A stretch of DNA of 63,559 nt, counting the filler, from Reticulomyxa filosa (taxonomy: Eukaryota; Protista; Foraminifera): assembly GCA_000512085.1 (NCBI GenBank). It is 18 parts of 18 records of this genome, joined end to end, with 100 filler letters (N's around TTAATTAATTAA, not from the genome) between each part and the next. Parts side by side here need not be neighbours in the genome. Positions count along the whole stretch, not along the records: positions 10,922 to 12,623 come from ASPP01026969.1; positions 12,724 to 14,174 come from ASPP01021990.1; positions 14,275 to 16,750 come from ASPP01000295.1; positions 16,851 to 17,897 come from ASPP01013335.1; positions 17,998 to 19,134 come from ASPP01021542.1; positions 19,235 to 20,437 come from ASPP01021658.1; positions 20,538 to 26,805 come from ASPP01022953.1; 11 more parts are not named here. One strand, given 5' to 3'. Shown in pieces: positions 11,679 through 24,900 of the stretch (position 1 is the first letter of the stretch; each line of letters opens with the position of its first letter). The translations under genes and the position numbers were made by a program. The notes beneath the pieces are model-generated. The model saw only the letters and a list, made by a program, of their open reading frames with translations, did not search any database and was not told the DNA's origin.

Positions 11679-12623
11679 TTATAATTCTTTGCGATTGACC
11701 CAATATGCATTCAATGTGTCATGTTTTCTGAAATTAATAAAGGTATCTTCACATTTTGCTTTTGTTTGTGGACAAGCTATGGGGAATCAAACCAAATGCA
11801 AAGTGATAAAAAATATACGTATATGTTAATTTTATGAATATATATATATACCTAAAATTGAATTTGGAAGACATTTTCCTTCCAATTGAATTGCCTGATT
11901 CAAAGCACTTCCAAAGATATGAAATCTCAAACAAGAACGACCTAAAATACAACCTAATGCATTTCCATGTGCAATACCGATTCGAATATGAATATTAACT
12001 GGATCTGAGAAATTATCAGATTGAAAAATATTTGGAATTCGATAATCTTTCAATTGGATATGCATATGTACCACATTTAAAGCAAATTCAATGACATGTT
12101 CAGGATGTTTATCAAATGATACACAAATATAAGCATCTCTTTATATTATGTGTAAATAAATGTAATTCAATAAAATAAAAAAAATAAAAAAATAAAAAAA
12201 TAAAAAATAAAAAAAGCTAACCCAATTGTTTCAATCTTTTCAACATTGAATTGAGCAGCAAATTTATCATATTTTGCATAGAGATGATGTAACAATGATA
12301 CAATAAATGAGGGATCTAATGTAGATGATAGTTGAGTAAAACCCATTAGATCGGATTGAAATACAGTGGCAGATCGGAATCGTCGTTTTAGAAAGCCTTT
12401 GTTTCTTTCAAACGTGGACTTATACAATAACTGTTGAGCAATAAACAATGGCAATAACATTGATGTGGATTGTTCTCTTTCATTTTTTGATTTTTCAATT
12501 GCTTCTTCATATATAATATTTCTTCGACTTTCTTTTTCCTGCTTATATCCGATCATCATACTGATCAATAATACCGATGTATCAATGGCAAATATAGGAA
12601 TATCCACTATACATTTATTTATG
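11679..12623 (-). CDS. Class III adenylate/guanylate cyclase, C-terminal part with preceding TM helix (5' truncated)
   Basis: SMLLPLFIA, ATVFQSDLMGFTQLSS, VEKIETIG|DAYICV (intron 12139-12221), IHIRIGIAHG..GCILG..RFHIFGSALNQAIQLEG. A second intron starts at 11851; the last exon ACPQTKAK...NAYWVNRKEL* ends at 11679. Confidence 0.92.
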
Positions 12624-13433
12624 NNNNNNNNNNNNNNNNNNNNNNNNNNNNNNNNNNNNNNNNNNNNTTAATTAATTAANNNNNNNNNNNNNNNNNNNNN
12701 NNNNNNNNNNNNNNNNNNNNNNNAAATTGATGCTTTATACGTGACTCTTTTGGAGCACTTCATATGAATTGAACCTATCTAATGAGATCAATTTGTATTT
12801 TTTTTCAAAGACATAATTGAATCAAATTGACCTATTTACATATTTTCGACTTAGGTTTTAAAATATTAACATTTAGAAATTTTTTGCAATGAATATAATT
12901 TGATGATAATGATGATATCAGTGTGAATGGAGGAGGACATTGAATTATTTTTTAAAAAAAGATCAAAAAAAACAACAATTGGATAAAAAAATTTAAAAAA
13001 ATTGAGGCAAGCGTTAAATACTTGCAATTAAATATGCCATAAACTTGATGTTGTTTGATTTCATCTCATTCTTGCTCGCTGACATTACCAATTGCTCCAT
13101 AGATAGATATTGGAAGATCTATATGTTATATACATGTGTATTGATCATACATACATGTTTTCACATTATTATAAAAAAAAAAGATAACATCAGCTCACTA
13201 CTTTCAAATTATTCATTTCCTTACATGATTCAATGTATCTGTTACCGTTGTTATCACTGCAGCATCAATAGCAATACAAACAGCAACAATTTATCAATGT
13301 ACAATCCACACTTCATGTAGTATACGTCCATTTGCATACCTTCAACTAACTATTCAAACATTTCAAATGTACGTATAAAGATATCATTATGTCGAACATG
13401 TACATAAAAAAACAAAACTTTTTTAAGCAATGG

Positions 13434-14174
13434 ATCCAAGCACGATCATAGCATCAGGTAACATGAAAGAGGACAGGTGCACAAATGACAAGAGAATAAC
13501 AGCAACTCTTGGATTCTTGTGTTCAAATGCGCGCTTTTGATTTTAACGACAATGCTTCCATCGAGTATTCCATTATTTCGAGCGATTGAACGGACTTGGA
13601 GGAAGATAATATCATTAAAATGCTCTGGTCCTCTAGAGCTATCGTTTTTCGAGTATCGGTCTTGTCAATAGCAGCCCTTCCACTTTTCGAATCCGAATGA
13701 CTCGGTTTTTAGTGACCGAATAACTTCATATAACAATTGCGATGTGTTCTAGAGAGAGAGGGGCTCGACATGCCAACACAAAATATTGTGCACATTCCCA
13801 CCAAGCAGGGGCCCATTGCCACCAACCAATACACACATTGCCAATATCTAAACCTTTTGCCTTAATTCGCCAAATAATTTGCACGACGTTTGAATCGTCG
13901 ATCCAATTATCGACTGGCAAGACAGGGCACGGTTGTTTGTCATAACCAATGGCACAGCACCAAATCAAAGTCGCTGAAATACATCAGCGGGCAACCAAAT
14001 ACAACACCATTCCAATGTCTTGAAACAATTGCCTAATAAATGAAAGAACATAGACCGCGTATCGTCATTGTCATCATTGGCACTGTGCTTGATATTGCCA
14101 TACCTTCATCAGTATCTTCCATGGGGGGGTGCACTATGTGGATTTGTCCATGTCGAAGGATGCGCAAAGCCGCC
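13434..14174 (-). pseudogene. Second copy of the unidentified family seen at 4574-5040
   Basis: Shared DNA blocks caggtgcac..aaatga, acacatt(a/g)ccaatatc, tttgaatcgtcgatc, aacaacacca, tgcgcaaagccgcc. Peptide VLPVDNWIDDS...GLDIGNV. Confidence 0.65.
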
Positions 14175-14274
14175 NNNNNNNNNNNNNNNNNNNNNNNNNN
14201 NNNNNNNNNNNNNNNNNNTTAATTAATTAANNNNNNNNNNNNNNNNNNNNNNNNNNNNNNNNNNNNNNNNNNNN

Positions 14275-14296
14275 TTTAATTTGTGTTTGGGGATGA
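14275..14296 (+). CDS. Last codons of a WD40 gene (..ICVWG*)
   Basis: tgtgtttggggatgaatac matches the WD40 3' end at 11515-11533. Confidence 0.5.
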
Positions 14297-14780
14297 ATAC
14301 ATTAATAAGAGTTTGTTTCATTCACATCCAGTAAGTAAAAAGAGTAGTGATAATTATTTTCACTACATTTTTTAAGTATTAAATTTGGATAAATGGAAGA
14401 CTTTACTTCAATTTTACACCACTTAATTTTTTTAAAATAGAATACATTTATAAAACAGAAATATTTTTTAAAATGAAGAATTTAAATTTTATTTCACCAG
14501 ATTATTTTTATTGAATTAATGGAAAATATCATTTTAACACAAAGTAAAGAACAAAAATAACTCAATACAAAAAAACGAAAGATCTCAAATGAACCATTTA
14601 CTCATTTCTTGCAAAGAAAAAAAATCAAAATCTTTATAAAGATTTTCTTCGTTGAAAAATATATGTGGAAATTGAAACATTTTTTTTTCTTATCTTTTTC
14701 TACTTCTAATTCTTTTTTCATTTCTTTCAATCATTCACTCAGTTGAGTTTTCATGTGTGTAATCGTTTAAAGAAAGTCAT

Positions 14781-15116
14781 AAAAACGATTTTTGCTCCCG
14801 TTTTTAATGTTGACGCACGAATTTAAAAATGTACAAATTTTTTTACAACAACGTATACGTTTTTAAATTCTGAATCCAGTGCATAAAAAAAAAAAAAGAA
14901 TTTGGTATTTTTCTAAAAATTGATCATCAAACCAGCTATTACATTCTAAAATACCTTCGGATACTTTTTCGTGTAAACACATCTTTAAAAAAAAAAAAAA
15001 GGCACAACGTAAAACGTACATTTTTAATTGAAGCGTTTTTCGATTTAAAAAAAATTATCCTAGTCATTTTTGGACGCGTGCATCAATTAAAAACAAAATG
15101 CAAAAGAAATGTTTTT
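14781..15116. repeat. Imperfect inverted repeat (foldback/MITE-like)
   Basis: The reverse complement of 14781-14831 (catttttaaattcgtgcgtcaacattaaaaacgggagcaaaaatcgttttt) resembles 15065-15116 (catttttggacgcgtgcatcaattaaaaacaaaatgcaaaagaaatgttttt). Confidence 0.5.
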
Positions 15117-15462
15117 GACGCTTTTTTTCTTCAAAAAAGGTGTTTGGACTGAGAAAAGAATAATAATTTTTATCAGCATAACTTCTTGTGCCAAGACTGA
15201 AAAAAAGCATTAAATAATGTGTTGACAACCAGAAATTGTTTTTTGATCAATAGTGTTTCTGTTTTTTTTCTTATTTAAAAAGTCGCATTTAATCTGACTG
15301 AAATGAATAGCTATATTCGAACAATATTTATCTTTACATTCAATACTTAAAAAGATATTTCTTGTGTAGTCTGGATTAATAGACAATACAAACAAACGAA
15401 AAGTGCATAAAAAAAATTGATTGTATCGCATTCTTATGACTCTATTTTTGCTGTGCGTTTGT

Positions 15463-16750
15463 TCAGAAGTTATTCACTTCTCTCTTATCATCTCTTCCTA
15501 TATCGTTACCAGCTTTAGTCACCGTAGGTATATGATCTAGCCTTGCATAACAAACAGACATAGGAGTATTTAATACCTCATTGGTGTCACATCGAATTAA
15601 AGTTGGCCAAGTAACATAACCAATCTGTTCACAATCTTTATCTTTCCCTAATATCTCTTTTTTAATGTCAACATTTTTGGATTGGATTTCTTGATTTAGT
15701 TGAAGATTGGAAGTGAAAATTAAAGGATAAGGTGTCAATGAAGGCCTTGATAATAAACAACTCCACATATTTCGTAAACACGATATAATTAATTTATTTT
15801 TGCTATCATTTATTTTATTATCTGTTTCTTTTTCATCTTTTTCTCCTTCTTTATTCTCTTCAATTGTTTCATAAATTGAATCAAAAGATGTATTTTCTTG
15901 AATAATTTCTTGTTTTAATTTTGAATGAATAAAATGCTTTCCTTTTTCATATAATCGCATCAATGATAATTCAAATTGTTCTTGAAATATTATTTGACAA
16001 TATCTTTGTGCACTTTCTTTATTTGATAATTCAAACATATTTTGCAAAAGCAATAATTTATCATTACAATATGATTGCACAAATTGATAAGATAATTTTA
16101 ATATTGTGAATGGCACACAATGTGCAAATCTTGCCAAAAGTGTCATTTCAAATTTCTTTTTTAGATTTTCATCACTTTTTAATTGTTTTATTATTGTAAT
16201 TGTTAATTTCAATCGATAATTACTGCTTATTGCCTCGTAATCCTCTACTATCTTATTCACTGATGGAAATTCACTTTCAATTCCAATTCCAATTCCAACT
16301 GTCAACTCACGAATCCTTTCTCGCAATGTTTGCACGTCTTGAGACAATTGTTCATTTGTCCTAATATATTTATATTATTATAATAATACCTTGTGTATAA
16401 ATTGTAAATGGTTAAAAAAAAAAAAGAACAAAAAGTAACAAAATTACTCTTTTAAATTCATTGGATTGCTGTGTGTACCTTTTCAATTCATTAATTGCAC
16501 TCTCTTTTTCCGAGTGCAACGAGCTCAAACTACTTTGATTTTTTTCAGTTAGCAGTGCGTATTCGTGTAACTTGATTTTAGAATTTTGGAGTTGATTCTT
16601 CTGTATTTGAAAATCAGACTCCAATTGTTTGATTTTGTGTTGATATTTGTGTAGTTCATCCTTGTGTATTCCATGTTCAGTGGCAGATTGTTCGTATCTC
16701 TTGATCATAGAATTCACTTGTGTCTGCAGCTGCTGTTTTTCTTCTTGCAA
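15463..16750 (-). CDS. Coiled-coil protein with Mieap/GIL1-IRKI-like C-terminal domain (5' truncated)
   Basis: Two same-strand ORFs split by an AT-rich intron. Heptad-rich N-terminal part; C-terminus CLRNMWSCLLSRPSL...IGYVTWPTL....NEVL..MSV. Confidence 0.6.
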
Positions 16751-16870
16751 NNNNNNNNNNNNNNNNNNNNNNNNNNNNNNNNNNNNNNNNNNNNTTAATT
16801 AATTAANNNNNNNNNNNNNNNNNNNNNNNNNNNNNNNNNNNNNNNNNNNNAAAAAAAAAAAAAAAAAAAA

Positions 16871-17850
16871 AGCCAAACTGTGCCTTCGTTTCCTGAAATA
16901 GCACTATTTTGGAAGACGAACAATAACAACAGCCATCGTTTTTTATTATCCAAGTAAGGGTTGGGACGAACGGAGGACGACCGGTCGGAGACGTTATTGT
17001 CACCAATCAACGACACTTTTTCCGAATCGGCATCCGTGACGCCTTGATCGTTTGCATTAGCGTTGGTATTGGCATTGATGTTGGCGGGATCATTGGCAAT
17101 GGTGACAGTATGCGTTTTGGTGGACAAAGCGGTTCTCCACGACTCCACCCACGTGACGTGTTTGTTGAAGAGCACCGCGGGGAATCGATAGTCGTTGCTG
17201 ACCAAAAACGCCGATTCGAGCTTCGCCGACTCGAGTACTTGCGATACACTTTGATCGTCGTCGTCATCGTTGTTGTTGTCTTTCTCCATCGTCACGTCTT
17301 TTTGTGTCTCCTCTTCCTCCTCCTCTTCGTTCGTCTTTATCAGTGGATTCATTTCGCTGTCCTTGTTGTTGTTGTTGTTCGCACTCTTCACTGCTTTCAC
17401 CGGATACCGCTGATACACCTCCTGCATTTCCCTTTGCTTTATCTCCAGATTGGCTTGCTTGCGCCACACAAATATGCCCATGTAGACCAGCAGCAGTGTA
17501 CTTACTACAAAGTTCACCGCATATGAGCTACGTAGTCCGGCATAATACCCGATCACACCTTTCATTTTTTTTTTTTTTTTTTTTTTTATACGTAGAAAAT
17601 CGAAAGTTCTCAAAAGCCACATTTACACACACACACACACATGTATATACATTTTTGAAGTTTTCGAGAGTTTTTTTTTTTTTTAAGACAAAAAAAAAAA
17701 ATTATACCAGCGCCAATTGGACCCAAAAGAAAAGCAAGTGCACTCAATTGGAGAAAGGAAAGAACCGCTGCTTTGGCTTGGTGCAAAGGCAAAATCCAAT
17801 ACACATACGCAAATAAAATAATCCCAATTCTTTGTTGAGCCAAAAATGTT
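16871..17850 (-). CDS. MFS-type transporter fragment (TM5-TM7 with long central loop)
   Basis: AFLLGPIGAG|VIGYYAGLRSSYAVNFVVSTLLLVYMGIFVW resembles MFS motif C plus TM6. Followed by a long acidic/Asn loop and RWLLLLFVFQNSAISG. Confidence 0.55.
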
Positions 17851-17997
17851 CCTTTTTTTTTTTTTTTTTCATTTGTTAAAAAAAAAAAAAAAAAAAANNN
17901 NNNNNNNNNNNNNNNNNNNNNNNNNNNNNNNNNNNNNNNNNTTAATTAATTAANNNNNNNNNNNNNNNNNNNNNNNNNNNNNNNNNNNNNNNNNNNN

Positions 17998-18985
17998 CAG
18001 TGCCCTTAAACAAACAGATGATGGAAATAATGAGCAAAAGACAAGCTTTCAAGAGGGACAAGTCAGCCCACACGCGTTTCCCTCTGACGCCGCAGCAAGT
18101 TTTTTTGGCGTCGGTGCTGAACAGAATACCATACCCTCCACCCATGACAGTGAGTTGTTCATAGGCAATGGCATGAATCATCCAAAACACCACTTGTGTC
18201 AATCCCCAAACAGTACATGGCAAAACGCCAAAGACGACGAACACCAAGACAGTCCCAAAGACTTGGCTCGTTACCTCATTGAACCGATACAAAACCAAGC
18301 CAATGGTTTTCCTCCAGTTCAAACGACTCATTTTCAATTCCGAACTTTTGGTTATCAGCGATGCATGATCCATTTGTTTTTTCGTTTTTTTTTTGTTTTC
18401 CGTGGCTGTTTTTTTGTCAAATTTTTTTGTTTTTTTTTTTACGTCGTCATTGTCATTGTCATTGTTATTGTCATTGTCATTGTTATTATCATTGTCATTA
18501 TTTGATTTTGTGTGTTTGTGCTCTTGTTCTTGTTCTTGTTCTTGTTCTTGTTCTTGTTCTTGCTCGTGTTCCAATCTCATCGGATCATAGTCTAAATAGT
18601 CATTGCTCGTGCTTCTTTCCACGTCAAAGTCTTGTGCATTTCGATTTGCGTCACTGCTTTTGCTATGCTCTTGGTCATCGCTCTGCTCGCCAAACGATTG
18701 GATGTCATCGTAATATAAATTGCGGAGGATAATGATCAAGTCCACCACGACTCCACACGACACAATGGCGACCCCTTCCTTCACGGATTCCCCTTTCAAG
18801 TGCTGAAAATTCTCTCTCTCCGACGCGCTCAAAAATATCATCGCCAAACATAAGTACGGCGTCACATTAAATATGCAACGGATGCGATCGATATATATTT
18901 GCATTGGAGTCATCCAAAGATGCATCTTTTTCGACTTGGTTTTAACCAACGACGCCGCGGTCATATCTTTGCCATATCCATAGGC
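17998..18985 (-). CDS. Multi-pass membrane protein fragment, XK-related-like
   Basis: 340-aa ORF with hydrophobic helices. IFNVTPYLCLAMIFL and LYRFNEVTSQVFGTVLVF recall the XK-family ESAPQLxLQ and WRxxEIxSRxxxLxLF segments. EQ and ND repeat loop. Confidence 0.4.
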
Positions 18986-19505
18986 CCTTTTTTTTTAAAA
19001 AAAAATCATTTCATTTATGCATTGTAAACACAACAAAAAAAAAAGGGGGGGGGAGGGGAAAGGAAAGAGAGGAGGAGAGAAGACAATAGATGGAAACAAC
19101 AGAAAGCCAAGGAAATAAAATCAACAAAAAAAAANNNNNNNNNNNNNNNNNNNNNNNNNNNNNNNNNNNNNNNNNNNNTTAATTAATTAANNNNNNNNNN
19201 NNNNNNNNNNNNNNNNNNNNNNNNNNNNNNNNNNAAAACATACACCTTGGGGGTAGCGAAATTGAAATGGAAGTGACATTAATCTTTTGAAAACAGGTTG
19301 ATCCATGTCACAATAAGAGCCGAATGTGATCGCGTTTAAATAAGTTTTTTATAAGAAAAGGGGGGGGAATCTCTAGAAATCGAGTTTTGCAAACTGAACT
19401 TAATTGCCAACAGTGTTCATATATAAAAAAAGTGTTGAATAACTTGTATTGGTTGTACACATGATCATTCCTTGCTAAAAAAAAAAAAAAAAAAAGAAAA
19501 GGCAT

Positions 19506-19945
19506 TTACAAGACATGGTAAAACATTTTGGAAACATGTGTCAATTCTTGTGCAGTAACATCACCTCTTTTGGCGACTTTGAAAGTTTTGCAAAGATTGA
19601 TTTTGTGCAGATGGGAGATGATGGACTCATGGCAATCTACGTAGAGAATATCTTGATGTCGACATTGGAGGGCCTTGAGAAGATTGAGGATGACCATGCT
19701 AACATTGGTGGGGTCTTGCTTGCGAAACGGGTGTTCCCATCCGATGATCCTCGTGGCAGAGAACCAAGAGGTGTCGAGCGGTCGAGTAGATATTTCTTGC
19801 GATACAATGGACGATTGTAAGGACTGCAAAAGAGAAGTGACATCGAGTTCAAAGAAGACATCAAACTGTAGACGTTTCAGCAATGCCAGTAGCACAGAAT
19901 AGCTTCCATTACATAAAAGAAAAGGAATGACACCAGACAATTGAC

Positions 19946-19997
<52 letters not shown>

Positions 19998-20348
19998 ACC
20001 AGTGGCAATTTCAAAGTGACGACGAATACATTGAATTCGTGTGGTTCCTCCCAGCATTTGATAAATGAGATCTTCCGAACATTGATCAACGTCGTTGGCC
20101 GTTTGAAAGACCATTTCTTTGTTGAATTGAAACACGTTTTCCCAGAAATAGATGACGACACGAACACCACCGCCATCGTCATTGCCATTGGCCGTGCTAT
20201 TCTTGATGTCGTCGGTGACTCCACCCGACAAGTACTGCTCCAACACCGTTGGCGCTTGCGTGATAGTCGCACGTTGTTGCAGTATCGTTTCTGCTTTCTT
20301 TTTGCTCTCCTTCCCTTTCATCTTGTCAATCGTATCCTTTTCGTCCAT
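19506..20348 (-). CDS. HAD-superfamily-like protein with degenerate catalytic motifs
   Basis: Motif order fits a HAD fold: VVIYFWENVF (motif I position), LGGTTRI, FLLCNG (motif II), ILYVDCHESII (motif IV), LCKTFKV. Poly-Asn insert. Confidence 0.5.
19946..19996. repeat. (ATT)n microsatellite encoding poly-Asn on the minus strand
   Basis: Perfect triplet run. Confidence 0.95.
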
Positions 20349-20599
20349 CTCTTTTTTTTTTTTTTAAAAAAACAAAAAAAATGAATATTATATATATATA
20401 TATATATGTATACATATATATATATATATAATATTCANNNNNNNNNNNNNNNNNNNNNNNNNNNNNNNNNNNNNNNNNNNNTTAATTAATTAANNNNNNN
20501 NNNNNNNNNNNNNNNNNNNNNNNNNNNNNNNNNNNNNTCCCAACAATAAAGTATTGAGTATTTTTTTTTATTTAAGTGTTAAAACATCACTTTTCTAAA

Positions 20600-22080
20600 T
20601 CAATGACTTTAATTTGATTTACTCGCTCCAAATCCAAACAAATATTTCTTGATACCAAATCGACATGATCAAAGTCAAAGTTGTCTAATATTGTTTACCT
20701 TTTTAGTTGTATTTACATTGTAAGTGTTTTTATCATTGCCTTCATCTTCATCATTAATTTTTCTTTTATTATTTACTTTAGTATTTCCTTCAAATTCTCC
20801 GTCTTTATCTTCATGTTACAGTTTTCTTTTTTGTAATTTATTTGTAATTTTTTCTTCTATTATCACAGTTCTATTGTCTTTTTCAAGTTTCTGTGCATAA
20901 TGCAATATTTTAACTAGTGATATAATTGATCCATCAAATGAACGTTTTTTGAAGCACTTGAATAATTTCATTTTAAATTTGGATCCAATTTCTATATTTT
21001 TCTGTATATGGTCAATTTCAATACAAACATAATTTGGATATGCAATGATCATTCCCGAACGTGTTCCAGTCCAAATTAAACAACTTGCCATTTGGACTAT
21101 CATATCAACAATGTCAAAAGGTTAGCTATAAGTTGATTCATTTCTTGGATCACTTTTTTGAAGTAACTCGACTAAATCTTCGTGCGCTTTTTTTTGATCT
21201 ATTTGAATATTTTTCTAATCACAAAATTTATTTAGATGCAGTAGATTATACTTACTTCAATGTAGTGTTTTTTCGCTATGCTTACGTAAATATTCTTTTG
21301 CTTTGTACATATTTGATATACGAAACAATTTGATACAACATTTTTTTAATTTTGTTTTCATTTCTTCTGTCATTTTACCCAAATTAGATAAAAGATAATT
21401 ATCTTCATTTTTTTCTTCTACATTTTCGTTATAAAATGATTTTTTTGCTTTCTTTGATTGATGAAGACATAAAATTGTATTTTCTTTTTGCCAATGTCGT
21501 AAAACGATATCCAAATATTCTTTTAATTTGTCTACAAGTTTATTAAATTGTTATAATTTTTTTATTATTTTATAATCTATAACTATAATTAGTCCATCAG
21601 GACCCAATTTCGAGTTACTATAATATATTATTGAATATGATAATAACAAATCAGGTTTGACAGAAAAGCTTTTCTTTTTGATTCCTTTGCAAAATGACAA
21701 CAATTGTTGCGAAAAACTAGTCAAATATAGTACTGTTGATGCACGAAATAAAGTAGAAGCGCATTTCATAATCAGTTCATTTTTTGATCTTTCGTCAAAT
21801 CTATCGTTTGCTATTTCACAAAATCCTTCCACTAACCCTTTTAATTTAGAAACATTTCCGACCTTTATCATAAGATTTTCATCAAAATCTTTGTATTTAT
21901 TTTGAATGTATTTGACCATATCGATATCTTCAAATGATATTTCAAACAAATCTAAATCAATACGAGCTTTGCTTATACTCTTGATAAATCCTGACAATGT
22001 GCTCGTTTGAGCAGCTTGCCATAATAACTTGTTTTCTTGTTGTGAAAATCAGGAAAACATTCTTTTAAAAAATATGACAT
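20600..22080 (-). pseudogene. Degenerate hypothetical gene
   Basis: ORFs 21551-21997 and 21257-21514 share a frame across one stop, with further broken frames up- and downstream. No family recognised. Confidence 0.45.
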
Positions 22081-22719
22081 GACTATAATTCAAAGATGTG
22101 TGTTGTTTTGTTGTTGATAGCTTTGCTTTCTTCGTTAACTTAAACGAGTAAGCTCAAGTAAAAAAGAAATAATGAAAAAAAAAATAAATATAACTTAGAT
22201 ATGTTGTTTCTTGTGACATATTGACGGCAACGTGGATGACAAAAAAAAAAACACTTAACTGCTAAAAAAACTCTACAAACAAACCTTTGAAAATACTATA
22301 AGTTTGCTTTATAAAAAAAAACATATCAATGATTTGAAAAAGGAAATACATATTATTATCTTTAAATGATATATTTTGTCTGCCATATTGACACACAAGA
22401 TGTTCTTTTCATTTTTGTGTGTACAGTTTCTTTCATTTTAGGCCAACTAAATAAAAAGTATTTAAAAAATAGAGATAACTTATTATTGCATAGTATAAAC
22501 AGTTTTATTTATTTCCTTACTTAAATTGATTTTTGTTTGAAAAAAATCGATTAAAGGCATTTCAATCCAGAACACTTGATGTCATCATTAAAAACAGCCT
22601 AAAAATGAAGCAAATTCTTTGTAATATATTTTTTTTTTTCAAGAGAATTTGATTACCTTTGCCACAAGGAAAATATAATATATATTATATTATCTTGAAG
22701 ACAAAATTCAAAAAGTACA

Positions 22720-24306
22720 ATCACAAATTTGAAATAAGTGTATGACTTGGAAACGCCTATGAAAGTGGACAAGATTAGTGGTACAAAGAGATGAATAACT
22801 TTGTCAACGAAATTTTTCAAAATTGTTTCTTTCAAAGAATACGTATTTTGCAACTTGCCATTGCTGCCATCCAAATAATATATCTTATAAATATACGATA
22901 CAAGCCTCGATATTGCATTAGACTGTCATTATTATTATTATCATTGTCGTTGATATTTGAATCGGGTGCAAATTGAAATAATAATTTGTTGTATCCACAA
23001 CCAACACTTCATTTATCCAAGTCATTACATTTTTTTAGATTTTGTTTTTTTTTTTGAGAGAAGCCCCCTCTTATTGACAGTGTCCCAAAAAAATTTTTCA
23101 ATTGTTGGTACCAATGTATCTATCGAATATCTTTATTTCATATCTGATTTTATATCCCACAATAGAAGTAAACATCATCAAATCTAATCAAAATTATTTG
23201 ACAATTTAGAAAATATTGCCAATTTCTTACATTACGTTTATCATATCGTATTTGCATATTTTTTGATTCCACGTCCCATATTGTATCGTATTATAGAATG
23301 AATAAGCAAGAAATCTACCATCTAGAGATAATTTTGTTTTTAAGGAATTATCTATGTCTATTTCTTTCACTTTTTTACTCAATTTCATATCCCATAAACT
23401 AATTTTTCTGGCAGTTAATAATGCAGCTATTTGTCTATTTGGTGAATATTTCTCATCAAATACATTATCATTATTTTTTCTTCTAGTCTTTGAATTTGTT
23501 TTCCAGAATCTAATGTTTCCAATTCAGCAATATATTTACAATCTAAAGAAAATTGTATTTCCATATTAGATCCTATAATCCATTCAAATTGCATCAATTT
23601 TTTTCCTGGTTATATATTCAATGATTGCATTCTGTTGTTTGTGTTCGATACAAAAGTACTCCTATCTGGTGAAAATACTATAAAATCTTGTATTTCATTA
23701 CTTTTGTTGAAAATTTGAATTTTCTTACCTAATGCAATGCCCCATATTTCAAATACACCATCTTCTGCTAACAAATAAAACTTACGACCATCTGCCGAAA
23801 ATTTTAGTTTGTCAATATTATAAGATCCTCCTTTTAGTACTTTCGACAATTTAAAACATTTGGCCTATGTTAGTATGTTAACATATCAACATGTGATTAT
23901 ATGAATATATGAAGTGTGTTAATGCTGAACATAATTTAACATATTTTGCAATTATTTTGTTAAATTCATAAATCCATCATATTTTAATCATCGAAAGCCG
24001 AACCCAATGTATTACTATTAAATCTGCTTCTTAATTTGTCTATTTTTTTAAATTTGTTCAAAAAAGTAAAAATATTTCATATTTATATATATACATTTTG
24101 TCTAGTTTACCGAATATAATTTCTTTCGACGTCTCCAATACTTTTTTGTGACTCTTTAATTCCAAAATAAAGCATTGCATTTTCATTTTCTCTAAACTCG
24201 TCGTATGTCTATAGTTTCCATAACGTAATCTACGACCTCGTCCTATTCGATTATTAGGTTTTGATTTGGTAAATTCACTTGCATTCCTTACTTTCCAACT
24301 TGACAT
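22720..24306 (-). pseudogene. Heavily decayed WD40 gene with N-terminal WIR..GWI motif exon
   Basis: HWVRLSMIKI*WIYEFNKIIAKY near 23940-24012, then KLKFSADGRKF...FEIWG, VFSPDRSTFVS, LLLLWDIKS. Many stops and frameshifts. Confidence 0.8.
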
Positions 24307-24900
24307 TTATAATGTTTATGGATGAATTGTCAAAAAAAACGTATAGATTTTTCTTAGCGCTGTCCCCCCTCTCAGGCTTTGTTTGAATAAGACTGAAGAA
24401 ATTGGAAGTAAAAATTAGATAATAAAATATTTCTCAATTATAAATCCGTGTATAAATAATATCACATAAACAAACCATCATGCAATATGACTCTTTTTTA
24501 TTTTGAAATCCATTTTTTATTACACTTAATTAAAGTTGTTATTTCATTTGCAATACACGATACAAAGGATATAATAATCATATATGCAATCCAAATAGTG
24601 GAATTAAAGACAAAATAAGATCAAAATAATGACTCACGATATTAATCAATCAAATGAACTGATAAAAATAGAAAATATTTTTATAAGGAATTCATTATAT
24701 TTTTTTGCCTCAGGCAAATTTATACAAATTGAGAAAATAAACTCATCAATACCAATACAATTGACATTAAAAAAACAATAAAAAATAATTCGTTACAATC
24801 AATTACAGAAATATTGAACTTGTAAACAATAAAAATTAAAAAAGAGTAACTTCCCCCCTCAGTAAAAAAAAATATCAAGTTCGGGAAAGACTAAAAAGAA

